Source: Armatimonadota bacterium (GTDB lineage Bacteria > Armatimonadota > UBA5829 > DSUL01). From it: DNA of 64,000 nucleotides. The position numbers and the translations under genes were made by a program. The notes beneath the pieces are model-generated. The model had not been told where the DNA came from and made no database searches. It saw nothing but the letters and a program-made list of their open reading frames with translations. Where the stretch lies: positions 544,001-608,000 of the forward strand of contig JBDHZC010000002.1 of assembly GCA_039811685.1 (NCBI GenBank), given 5' to 3'. Numbering within the stretch: the stretch's first letter is position 1; each line of letters begins with the position of its first letter. This document shows, in pieces, positions 32,292-41,550 of this stretch.

Positions 32292-33281
32292 ATGCCTATG
32301 CCGACACTTGGACTTGAAGAAGAAGTATTCATAACCGAGCCTGAGCGACCATCACTGCGGTCGCTGTACTATCTGGCACGCCTCTTGGCAAAGAACCCGA
32401 GATACTACTATGTGCACTCTGCGTCCAACTTTGCGCGTCTGGGCGACATTCGGCACGGGTTGATGAGTGGCGTTGAGATTTCTACCGGCGTCCACACAGA
32501 TGCAGAGGCGCTTCTGGAAGACCTTGCGAAGCGCCGCCAGGACCTCAGCTCCGTCGCCAGCGGACTGATCGTCTCAGTGGGACATCTTCTCGAGCAAAAC
32601 ACCCCCTCGAACGTCTGTGGGCTTCAGATACACGTCGGATCCCGCAATAAAGAGCGCACTTACAGAAATATCGTCCATTTTCTCCCACTGCTCATGCTGT
32701 TGACAGCGAACTCACCAGGAGTCAATGGGCGACGCTATGGGAAGTCCTACCGAATCGCCAACTCCTTTGCCATCGGCCCCCTGACTCCCGATCGGACTCG
32801 GCGCTTTCAGGACATTATCTACTCCAAACGACTTGGCACCATTGAGGTCCGGGTCTGTGATCCGACCTGGGACCGCAACAGAATCCTTGCGCTCATAAGG
32901 GCTCTGGTCGCGATAGAAGCCCTGGGAGTGGAGTATCCGTTCAACCCTGTAGAGTACAACGAAATGCGAGGGATATCGGCGTCTGAGGGTTACACAGAGA
33001 GACACAAGACGCTCTACGGGGAGTTGTCGCAAATATGCGACGTGGATGAGTCACTCTTTATCACGTCTCCGGCGGATCAGCTCTGGGATATCTACCAGCA
33101 ACAGGGAAGCGTAGCCGCATATTCAGCCGTCGACAGCAGCTACCGTGGAGGTGAGTTCGCACCTCATCCCGTCAAGCGGCGGCATGTGCTGGGAGAGATC
33201 GCTGCGGGCGCTGCAGGACTTGCTGGATACTTCGTGCCCAAACTACCGTATTACACCTGGAAGGCTATCATCGAATCATAG
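32292..33281 (+). CDS. Glutamate-cysteine ligase family 2 (GCS2/YbdK-like) carboxylate-amine ligase, divergent
   Basis: TLGLEEE, VEIST, CGLQIHVG, LLTANSP, SYR, GTIEVRVCD motifs. Confidence 0.8.
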   Translation: MPMPTLGLEEEVFITEPERPSLRSLYYLARLLAKNPRYYYVHSASNFARLGDIRHGLMSGVEISTGVHTDAEALLEDLAKRRQDLSSVASGLIVSVGHLLEQNTPSNVCGLQIHVGSRNKERTYRNIVHFLPLLMLLTANSPGVNGRRYGKSYRIANSFAIGPLTPDRTRRFQDIIYSKRLGTIEVRVCDPTWDRNRILALIRALVAIEALGVEYPFNPVEYNEMRGISASEGYTERHKTLYGELSQICDVDESLFITSPADQLWDIYQQQGSVAAYSAVDSSYRGGEFAPHPVKRRHVLGEIAAGAAGLAGYFVPKLPYYTWKAIIES

Positions 33282-33312
33282 GCTTCTGCGTCTCAGCTAG
33301 ATTCTGTCTATC

Positions 33313-34029
33313 GTGATCACATTTCTTCTGACAATTGCGGCGCTGGTCTTTTGTGGCGGCCTCGGGCTCGTATTTCTGCGGACCGTCTGGTTCCACAGAG
33401 ATCCGAAACGCGTCCCATCGCTCACGGAAGATGTCCTTATTGCTCCTGCGGACGGGATGGTCGTGTACACGCGCCCGTTCCAGGAAGGGCGCGTAGTTTC
33501 AGACAAACTTGGAGAGCAGATTCCCATAACTGAGATCCTCCACGAAGGACAGGCTGCTGGTTCAGGATGGATGCTCGGCATCTACATGTCGCCGTTAGAC
33601 GTGCACTTCAACTACGCACCCTGCGGCGGAGTCGTTGAGAGCATCCACCACAAACAGGCGGAGCTGAATCTCCCAATGATCGATATGTGGGAATATGTCC
33701 GAATCGTATGGTTCCGCCGGCTGGTCCAACTCTTTGGACGGCGCTTCCATCTGGAAAATGAACGCAGCACGTTCTTTCTTCAGTGCGGGTCTCTGCGCCT
33801 TGCAGTGGTCTTGATAGCTGACAAGTTTGTCAGCAAGATACAGACTTTTGTCTCTTCTGGCGACAGCGTCAGGTGCGCTGACAAGCTTGCCTTTATCGGT
33901 CGCGGATCGCAGGCGGATGTCGTTATCTTTGACCAGAATGTCGAGCTGACCGTAGCGCCAGGCCAGCGTGTGCGCGGCGGAGAGACAGTCATTGCAAAGC
34001 TAAAGAGGAGTCAGCGATGCGACGCATGA
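33313..34029 (+). CDS. Phosphatidylserine decarboxylase-family proenzyme
   Basis: N-terminal TM, F.RDP.R, APADG, IYMSPLDVH.N.AP, NER, and a GRGSQ pyruvoyl cleavage site. Confidence 0.85.
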   Translation: MITFLLTIAALVFCGGLGLVFLRTVWFHRDPKRVPSLTEDVLIAPADGMVVYTRPFQEGRVVSDKLGEQIPITEILHEGQAAGSGWMLGIYMSPLDVHFNYAPCGGVVESIHHKQAELNLPMIDMWEYVRIVWFRRLVQLFGRRFHLENERSTFFLQCGSLRLAVVLIADKFVSKIQTFVSSGDSVRCADKLAFIGRGSQADVVIFDQNVELTVAPGQRVRGGETVIAKLKRSQRCDA

Positions 34030-34385
34030 ACTCAGCAGTGCCAATCGTTCTCATCGCGCTTATACTTTTTCAGTCGTGGCAGATCGTGCAGCTACGGCGT
34101 CAGGTCCAGGCCATTTTGCAGACGCAAGATCATCCCGCAGCCGTGTCCGATTCAGTGACCAAACGTGAGACCGCGGCGCAGTATCTGCGGAAGGCGTTAA
34201 ATGCTTTGCAGAGTGGTAAGATTGAACAAGCTCAAAAGGCAGCCAGGACTGGTGTGGCCGAGCTGGAGAGATATGCTCGCAAACCTCAATCCATCACTAT
34301 CCAAAAAGGACTGCAGGCGACCAGAGAGCACTTGGAGAAACAGTTACATTTCATCTATCAACCCGCTAAAGACGGCAAGAAGTGA
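34026..34385 (+). CDS. Hypothetical membrane-anchored helical protein
   Basis: ATGA overlap with the psd-like stop; N-terminal hydrophobic anchor. Confidence 0.6.
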   Translation: MNSAVPIVLIALILFQSWQIVQLRRQVQAILQTQDHPAAVSDSVTKRETAAQYLRKALNALQSGKIEQAQKAARTGVAELERYARKPQSITIQKGLQATREHLEKQLHFIYQPAKDGKK

Positions 34386-34407
34386 CTCATCTCTGCAGGT
34401 TGCGCGG

Positions 34408-35100
34408 GTGACAGTCACTTGCATAGTGCCTGCCTACAACGAGGCCTCCAGGATAAAACCCGTGCTGGAGGCAATTCACCGCGCCTCCCTGGTTGACGAC
34501 ATCCTGGTGGTGAGCGACGGTTCGAGAGACCGCACCTACGACACCGCTTTGGAGGTATGCGGAGTCCGAGCTGTTGAACTGGCGAATAACAGCGGCAAGG
34601 CAGCGGCTATGTGTGCAGGCGCTTCGCGCTGTGAGGCGGATATCATTCTCTTCCTGGATGCGGATTTGTCTGGTCTTGAGCCACGACACGTAGACGCCAT
34701 CGTGAAGCCTGTGCTGGAAGGCTCTGCTGACATGGCCGTAGGCGTCTTTCGCGGCGGCCGTTTCTGGACTGATCTCGCGCAAAAAATAGCGCCGGTTATT
34801 TCTGGTCAACGCGCCATCCGCCGCGATCTCTTCCTCCAGGTCCCTCATCTTGAAGAGGTACGTATGGGAGTGGAGATCGCGCTTACCCAGTGGTCACGAG
34901 TGAACCGGATTCGCGTGGCAGAGGTGATTCTGGACGGAGTGACGCACCCTATGAAAGAGGAGAAGCTGGGGCGCATTCGAGGGTTTGGTTCGCGCATGCT
35001 TATGTACTGGGAGATTGGTAAAGTCATGATGACCAGCCGCCATCTGCGCAACGGTTGCAGTGCAAAGCAGAGCTCTCACGTCGAGGACTCATCCCACTAG
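34408..35100 (+). CDS. GT2 / GT-A fold glycosyltransferase
   Basis: IVPAYNE, VSDGSRDRT, NSGKAAA, FLDADL, ISGQRA, GVE. Start approximate. Confidence 0.88.
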   Translation: MTVTCIVPAYNEASRIKPVLEAIHRASLVDDILVVSDGSRDRTYDTALEVCGVRAVELANNSGKAAAMCAGASRCEADIILFLDADLSGLEPRHVDAIVKPVLEGSADMAVGVFRGGRFWTDLAQKIAPVISGQRAIRRDLFLQVPHLEEVRMGVEIALTQWSRVNRIRVAEVILDGVTHPMKEEKLGRIRGFGSRMLMYWEIGKVMMTSRHLRNGCSAKQSSHVEDSSH

Positions 35101-35259
35101 CTGGACTTCCCCACTCCGCTATCTTGCCAAGGGCGACATCCGCCGCGCTTCTTCAGATGGAAGAATCATTGCTGCGAACAAATGTACGGCAAAACGGGGT
35201 GTTCGTACTGTCTTTTCGGCACTCATTTGTTGTAGAATGAGAGCAATAGGGAGTTACGC

Positions 35260-36291
35260 TTGACACTGGACCCGTTCGACGTACGCATAACAGGTGGAGA
35301 CAGGCTTGAGGAGGACGCACAGGCTGAAGTCTCCCTCCGGCCCAGACGATTACAGGAATTCGTCGGCCAGGACAAAGTTAAAGCTAACCTGTCGGTGTTT
35401 CTGGAAGCAGCGAGACGGCGAGGGGAAGCCCTGGATCACGTTCTGCTCTATGGTCCGCCAGGGCTCGGTAAGACGACACTTTCGCACATTATCGCCAGCG
35501 AAATGGATGTCGGGCTGCGGACCACCAGCGGCCCGGCAATTGAGCGGCCGGGCGATCTGGCAGCCATTCTGACTAACCTGGAGCCTGGAAGCGTTCTGTT
35601 CATCGACGAAATCCATAGACTCTCGAGAGTCGTCGAGGAGATTTTGTATCCAGCGCTTGAAGACAGGCAACTGGATCTCGTGATCGGCAAGGGGCCCAGC
35701 GCTCGAACGTTGAAGCTTCCGCTGCCAGCCTTCACGCTCGTCGGAGCGACTACAAGAGCTGGCATGCTGACTTCGCCTCTGCGCGAGCGCTTTGGCATCG
35801 TGCATCATCTGGAGTATTACGATACACAGGCGCTGACAAGTATTGTCGGACGCTCAGCGGGGATTCTAGGGACTCCGGTTGAAGCTGAAGCATCCGAGGA
35901 GATAGCGTCACGAAGTCGTGGAACGCCCCGGGTGGCAAATCGTCTTTTGAGAAGAACGAGAGACTTTGCGGATGTTGACGGTACGGGTGAAATTACCCTC
36001 CGGCAGGCGCGTAACGCGCTGGATCGTCTCGAGATAGACGAAGCGGGGCTGGACGCAACGGACAGAAAGATGTTGATCGCGCTGGTGGAGCGCTTCGGAG
36101 GCGGTCCTGTCGGGCTGGAGACAATAGCCGCGAGCATCAGCGAAGATCGGGATACGGTCGAGGATGTCTATGAGCCATTCCTCCTGCAGCAGGGTTTTCT
36201 GGAGCGAACCAGCCGCGGGCGAATGGCGACGAAACTGGCCTATCAGCACCTGGGGCGAGCCTACGATGCCCGACAGCAGACGCTGCTGTAG
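35260..36291 (+). CDS. ruvB: Holliday junction helicase RuvB
   Basis: [41 protein letters not shown]. Confidence 0.98.
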   Translation: MTLDPFDVRITGGDRLEEDAQAEVSLRPRRLQEFVGQDKVKANLSVFLEAARRRGEALDHVLLYGPPGLGKTTLSHIIASEMDVGLRTTSGPAIERPGDLAAILTNLEPGSVLFIDEIHRLSRVVEEILYPALEDRQLDLVIGKGPSARTLKLPLPAFTLVGATTRAGMLTSPLRERFGIVHHLEYYDTQALTSIVGRSAGILGTPVEAEASEEIASRSRGTPRVANRLLRRTRDFADVDGTGEITLRQARNALDRLEIDEAGLDATDRKMLIALVERFGGGPVGLETIAASISEDRDTVEDVYEPFLLQQGFLERTSRGRMATKLAYQHLGRAYDARQQTLL

Positions 36292-36394
36292 CCTGATTAC
36301 TCCAGTAGAGCGAACTGTGGGAGTGGACAGGGCGCGGGGATCGTGGAGACTGAGTTTGCGCATTGACGACCCGCTTATGGAAGCGAGCGAAACG

Positions 36395-37552
36395 ATGTTC
36401 TGCACACAGTGTGGAATTCAAAACACCGAAGAAAGCAACTTCTGCCGAAAGTGCGGAGCACGACTTCGAACACCCAGAATGAGCGCGACGGACAACTTGC
36501 AGGAGACAGCCAATCTGGCTACAGACCTGTCGCCACCCGATGACGAAAAAGTCTCGCGACTGCTCGATCGCGCCTTTCAGCTCTACGACGAAGGAGCGCT
36601 TGATCAGGCCTTTGAGGTCTGCCGCACAGCCTTGCGTCTCAATCCCGACAGCGTAACTGCGCGTTCACTGCTCTCTAACATCTATGAGCGGCAGGGTCAG
36701 ATCGATGCCGCTGTTCGGCAGATGGAGCGCGTTGTCGAGATCAATCCCGAGAGTACGGCAGACATCGAACGCCTTGCGTCGCTGCGAACTCGGCAGAAGC
36801 TGCTCGCGGATGATACTCCTCAGCGACCGCAGCGCACAGGTCCCTCTTACCGGCAGCTCATTCTGAACAATCCGTCCGTCCTGGCCGCAACCGGCGCTAT
36901 AGCGATCGTCCTGCTCGCTGTCGTTGCTTTTGATATGAGAGGAAAAGCTGCAGAGCATCCTGTCTCACAACCCACCGCTCCTGCCACTCAGACTGTCCCG
37001 GATGCCGGTGCTGGCGCAAACGCAAGCAGCCCGGACACTGGTAGCTCACCCTTTGTCAATGGCAGCGTATTTGACGGGACGGTCTCCTCGTCAACCACTC
37101 GCGCGTCTGCTATGGCACGGGAGGCTACGCAGGAGCCGACTCCCGCATCAACGAGCACTCCATCAGTGCCCGACTCAAGACCTGCCTCCAACACAGCTCC
37201 GGCGCGCACACAAACCCCTGCTGGCGCCTCAGCGCAGCCCGCGCCAGCTCCCGCCCGCCCATCGCCTGCGCCACCGCCCCGAATGAGCATCACGCGCAGT
37301 TCTCCCCCGCCAACCCCACCTGACAACGGGGCTAACGCGTCTGCCAACGCATCGACTCCTTCTGGAAAAGACTATCAGCAGAAGGCGATGGAAGCGCAAA
37401 ACAGAGGAGATCGCGCGGCGGCGGTGGACAACTTCAAGCGCGCTATCGCCGCCTACCGCGCAGAAGCCGGCAGAAGCGCGAACAGTTTTGAAGCTCAACA
37501 AGGTGTGCGCTCGTGTCAACTGGCGCTCAAGTTGCTGGGTGAGTCTGAATAG
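36395..37552 (+). CDS. Zinc-ribbon + TPR + TM + Pro/Ser-rich protein
   Basis: MFCTQCG...NFCRKCG, TPR helices, one TM, low-complexity linker. Confidence 0.8.
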   Translation: MFCTQCGIQNTEESNFCRKCGARLRTPRMSATDNLQETANLATDLSPPDDEKVSRLLDRAFQLYDEGALDQAFEVCRTALRLNPDSVTARSLLSNIYERQGQIDAAVRQMERVVEINPESTADIERLASLRTRQKLLADDTPQRPQRTGPSYRQLILNNPSVLAATGAIAIVLLAVVAFDMRGKAAEHPVSQPTAPATQTVPDAGAGANASSPDTGSSPFVNGSVFDGTVSSSTTRASAMAREATQEPTPASTSTPSVPDSRPASNTAPARTQTPAGASAQPAPAPARPSPAPPPRMSITRSSPPPTPPDNGANASANASTPSGKDYQQKAMEAQNRGDRAAAVDNFKRAIAAYRAEAGRSANSFEAQQGVRSCQLALKLLGESE

Positions 37553-37565
37553 GAAAGGCTTTGCG

Positions 37566-39269
37566 ATGCGTCCCACACCCGGATGGTTGTATGCCGGTGG
37601 AAGCTGTGCATCTATGCTGAGAGGGACAGCGGTTTCGATAGGGGCTATTCTGTCCGTGCTGGTGCTGAGCTCTGCCGGGTGGAGTGCGCACAACTCACGC
37701 GCCGACCGCATCCTGCTCGCTCCGATTGGAGGCGAGAAGCCACTGGCTGGCGCGGTCACGCGCGCGATTAAGGCGAACCTGCGGCAAAGTCAAATGCTGG
37801 AGGTAACTGAGTTTCGCCCGGATCTTCCCACTCTGAAGCGCGCTGTCCTGGAGAAAAGACTTGCGGGCAGCGATCTGGATTCCACAGACGCAAAGTCGCG
37901 CCAGAGAGTCGGCGCTGCGCTGGAAGTGGACTATGTGCTGTTCGGCGATGCAAAGGGTTCTTCCGGCAGGATTGACCTGAAGATGTCGGCCATTCAGGTC
38001 AGCAGTGGCCGTCAGACAGACTTTGAAGCGTCGATGAGTACGGCGCCCGGGATAGGGCAGGACACACTGGTGCTTTCTGCCGCCAATACAGTGGTCTCCA
38101 AATTCATGCAGCAGGTTCTGGGGCTGGTGCCGCCCGCCGAGCCTGCTGTGATACCCGGAGGACTCGGTCTTCCGCACGATCCTGTGACTGGAAGCTCATC
38201 CGGCACTGGCGACAATCCGTCAACTACCAACCCTTCCGCTGAACCAAGCACCGGTGAGAACGCGCCGAAAGGTGAGCAGCCGGGAGACACACATCCAACG
38301 CCGGCAAGTCCGGCGCTGTCACAGAGGGAGGCACTTCCTGTCAGGCCGGGACCGGACACTGCGGCGTATACAACACAGGCGGAATCCCTTGCGGCTTCTG
38401 GCGACCTCGCAGGCGCTATTCAGGCAATGCGCACGGCTGTCAATTTGTCTCCTGACAACGTCGATCTGCGGTTGAAGCTGGCGGAGTATTACGAACGCAA
38501 AGGGATGAATGAAGAAGCCTCCAGCGAGAGGCAGCGCGCGATGAAGCTAGCTCCGGGCGAAGCGGGATCTCAACACGAGATCGCGGCGCAACTGGAAGCC
38601 AGCGGCTCTGACGACGACGCTGAACGCGTCTATCGCACTATTCTTGACGCCAGCCCCAAAGACATCAAGGCACGCATTGCGCTTGGAGATGTTCTCTGGA
38701 ACAAGGGGAAGGTTGACGACGCCGGCCTGGAGTACGCACAGGCGGCCAGCGATGCGCCCTCTGATCCCGCTCCCCAGGAGCGCCTGGCACGGCTGTTTGC
38801 TTCGCGCGGGCAGTTTCTAGAGGCGACCAGTAGCCTTGCCACGTCCAAAATGCTGCGCGGCCAGGACGATGACCACCCTGTCGAGCCCGGCCTTTACCGT
38901 TCGCTCCTCCAGAGCTCAGACATCGCCTACAACAAGGAACTCACAGCGCTGAGCTCTGCTGCCACCGCGTTTCGGAAAGGCGAGATCACTCGCGAGGATT
39001 ATTACAACAAGATCCGGGCTCTGGTAACAGAAGTGGAGCAGCTTGTGGACTTCCTTAGCGACCTTGATCCACCTGACAACTACGCGAAATCGCATCTGTA
39101 CCGGACTCTGGCAGCCAGCCTTCTTGCTCAGTCGGTAACAGCGACACAGGAATGGCTGCTCAAGAACGAGGCAGCGCAGAAAGAGCAGGCAGAGCAATTT
39201 CAGCGGGAGTCACAGATACAGATGGATTCTGCGTCACAGTTGGAGCGCCGCGTTCGCGCCGGACCCTGA
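37566..39269 (+). CDS. Secreted TPR-repeat protein with an N-terminal TolB_N/CsgG-like domain
   Basis: Signal peptide, ALEVDYVLFG alpha/beta segment, multiple TPRs. Confidence 0.75.
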   Translation: MRPTPGWLYAGGSCASMLRGTAVSIGAILSVLVLSSAGWSAHNSRADRILLAPIGGEKPLAGAVTRAIKANLRQSQMLEVTEFRPDLPTLKRAVLEKRLAGSDLDSTDAKSRQRVGAALEVDYVLFGDAKGSSGRIDLKMSAIQVSSGRQTDFEASMSTAPGIGQDTLVLSAANTVVSKFMQQVLGLVPPAEPAVIPGGLGLPHDPVTGSSSGTGDNPSTTNPSAEPSTGENAPKGEQPGDTHPTPASPALSQREALPVRPGPDTAAYTTQAESLAASGDLAGAIQAMRTAVNLSPDNVDLRLKLAEYYERKGMNEEASSERQRAMKLAPGEAGSQHEIAAQLEASGSDDDAERVYRTILDASPKDIKARIALGDVLWNKGKVDDAGLEYAQAASDAPSDPAPQERLARLFASRGQFLEATSSLATSKMLRGQDDDHPVEPGLYRSLLQSSDIAYNKELTALSSAATAFRKGEITREDYYNKIRALVTEVEQLVDFLSDLDPPDNYAKSHLYRTLAASLLAQSVTATQEWLLKNEAAQKEQAEQFQRESQIQMDSASQLERRVRAGP

Positions 39270-39511
39270 AAGGGCGATCGTACCTGGAACCCTCATTCGT
39301 CCGTAACCTCGTGTATGCCACCAGTCTGGAGCCGCGTTATTTACGGCAGCGTTAGCGCGCAAGGCCGAGCGCTTTGTTGTCTCTGTCGAAAAAGCGTTTC
39401 TGAAGCTCCTGTGAGTGCTCTCAGCACTGTCCACAACAGACCTGCGCACGAGACTGAGGTTCCTGGCGAAAGCATCCGATATTAATTTGATGCTGCCGAT
39501 CCGGACGCCGC

Positions 39512-39575
39512 GCCGGACTCGGCTAAAGCCGGTCTCGGCCAAAGCCGGTCTCGGCCAAAGCCGGTCTCGGCTAAG
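39512..39575. repeat. 4 x 16-bp tandem repeat GCCGGTCTCGGC(C/T)AAA
   Basis: Units at 39512, 39528, 39544 and 39560; alternating GCCG/CGGC half-sites. Confidence 0.92.
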
Positions 39576-39590
39576 AAGGTACCCACACGC

Positions 39591-41438
39591 GTGTCATCAC
39601 ATTCCAAATCGCTGACATCTGGAGACCCTGAGGAACTGGTGCGCTCCGAAACCATCAATCCTGTCTTTCAAGCTGTGATCGACATTGAAGACGCTGGCTT
39701 TCTGCTCCTGGATATCTCCGGGCACGTAACCTACGCCAGCGAAGTTGCCCGGGAGATGCTGAGTCTGCCTTCTGTAGACTCCGCACGCCTTCCTCTTGAG
39801 GCCCTGGCCTTCACAGTGCTGACCCGGCTGTATCACTCTGCTCTTCTGAACCAGGGTGAAGTCTTTGTGGCTGACGTTGTCCTGCCGGAAACGGGCGAAC
39901 CTGGACAGCTCAGAGTGAAGAGTTTCGCTTCTTCAGATGGCTCTGTCGCCGGAGCGCTGGCGGTTCTGCGCAGCACCAGAAAGGAGCGGGAGCTGGACAG
40001 AATGAAGGCGGATTTTCTGGCTATAGTCTCGCATGAATTGCGCACCCCTCTGACCAGCATTCTGGGCTATTCCAACCTTCTGTACGAAGCGGGTGAGGCT
40101 ATCAGTCCAGAAGATCAGAAACAGTTTCTCCAGACGATAGAAAATCAGGGCAGGGTGCTGCTGGAGCTTATCAACGACTTACTGGAGATGGCGAAGCTGG
40201 ACTCAGACCAGTTGAAGCTGGAGAAGGAAGCCTGCCCGCCGGGTGCTATCCTCAGCTCGGTCATGAATGAATACGCGTCGCGCGCTGAGGAAGCTGGAAT
40301 TGATTTGCGCATGGAATGCGAGTGCGATCTTCTGGCGCACTGCGACCCGACGCGGATACAACAAGCGATCGGCTATCTGGTGGACAATGCGTTGAAGTTC
40401 ACGCCGGAGGGTGGCAGTGTCATTGTCGCAGCGTATCAGAAAGAGGGCCGGGTTGTCCTCCAGGTGACGGACACCGGGTGTGGCATAGCGCCCGAGAATC
40501 AGACCCGTTTGTTTGAGAAGTTTTATCAGGTGGATGCAGGAGCTGCGCGCTGCGTCAACGGGACAGGACTTGGCCTTGCTATCGTCAAGCGCATCGTCCA
40601 GCTCCACTGCGGAGACGTATTCCTGGAGAGTGAAGCGGATCACGGATCCACTTTTGGGATGACTCTACCAGGCCTGTCAACGGACGCCAGGCAATCCGGT
40701 CAACCCGCTCAGGGCCCTCAGCTTGCTCTTGTGTCCACCTCTGCATCGCTGGCACGCGAGCTGTCAGCCGTGGCGCCAGCAACGATGATCAATACAGACG
40801 AGGATTTGGTACTGTGGACCGCCACTCACTCTGACGGAATACTGGTTCTGGACTGTGAAATCGAAGAAACTCACCCGGAGCTCTTCCGAATGGCGCTTGT
40901 GTGCGCTCATTGCAACCGACTGAAAGTCATCCTCACTGGACAGACCGGGGCGCGCTGGTTCTCTCCATTTGCCCTGCGCATCATGGACGATGGGATGTCA
41001 ATGGAGGAGATGACTTTGGAGCTGTCCTCACTACATTCCGGTGACGGTCAGGGGACAGTTGTCTTCGCTGATGCAGGAGACCATGGCGCCGAGTCCCTCC
41101 TGAGGTCGCTGGAGCTTGTAGCGGACAAAGTGCAGCCCGCGCACTCGCGCTTTGGCCTGCGCAAACGCCTGGAGGACCCGCAAGTCTCGCTACTGGCCAC
41201 TGCTTGCGACCAGGCTGCAAGTGAGTCGCTGAAACTGCTGGATGGGACGCGCGAAGCGGGCTGGCTCGGCAATCTCGCCGTATTTTGCTCCTTTCGCAGT
41301 GAGTTGCCTGAAACATTCGGGCGCTGGCTGTGCGCCTGGGCCAGTGAGGTGACTATCAGTGAAGCTCAGGGGCGCAAACGCCTTGCGCAGCTTATTCCGG
41401 AGTGCCTCACCTCTGGGCAGACGGACGCCGCTGCGTGA
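39591..41438 (+). CDS. Cytoplasmic PAS-HisKA-HATPase sensor kinase with an extended C-terminus
   Basis: VSHELRTPL H-box, DNALKFT N-box, DTGCGI, FEKFYQ, GTGLGLAI. Confidence 0.9.
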   Translation: MSSHSKSLTSGDPEELVRSETINPVFQAVIDIEDAGFLLLDISGHVTYASEVAREMLSLPSVDSARLPLEALAFTVLTRLYHSALLNQGEVFVADVVLPETGEPGQLRVKSFASSDGSVAGALAVLRSTRKERELDRMKADFLAIVSHELRTPLTSILGYSNLLYEAGEAISPEDQKQFLQTIENQGRVLLELINDLLEMAKLDSDQLKLEKEACPPGAILSSVMNEYASRAEEAGIDLRMECECDLLAHCDPTRIQQAIGYLVDNALKFTPEGGSVIVAAYQKEGRVVLQVTDTGCGIAPENQTRLFEKFYQVDAGAARCVNGTGLGLAIVKRIVQLHCGDVFLESEADHGSTFGMTLPGLSTDARQSGQPAQGPQLALVSTSASLARELSAVAPATMINTDEDLVLWTATHSDGILVLDCEIEETHPELFRMALVCAHCNRLKVILTGQTGARWFSPFALRIMDDGMSMEEMTLELSSLHSGDGQGTVVFADAGDHGAESLLRSLELVADKVQPAHSRFGLRKRLEDPQVSLLATACDQAASESLKLLDGTREAGWLGNLAVFCSFRSELPETFGRWLCAWASEVTISEAQGRKRLAQLIPECLTSGQTDAAA

Positions 41439-41513
41439 CAGGGGCTGTTTGAGTGCCTTTCCGGCGCTCTGACGAGGCGCCGTCTGCTGCCTGAAAATCC
41501 GGCCATTGCGTGA

Positions 41514-41543
41514 TTGACGCACTCTCCCCGCCCCGCGTATAGT
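41514..41543 (+). promoter_or_regulatory. Sigma70 promoter of murJ (possibly leaderless)
   Basis: TTGACG-N18-TATAGT, 7 nt before ATG at 41551. Confidence 0.6.
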
Positions 41544-41550
41544 GACACCT

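Noticed and set aside
35260..36291. ruvB without ruvA/ruvC
   Set aside because: Separation of ruv genes is common and not notable.
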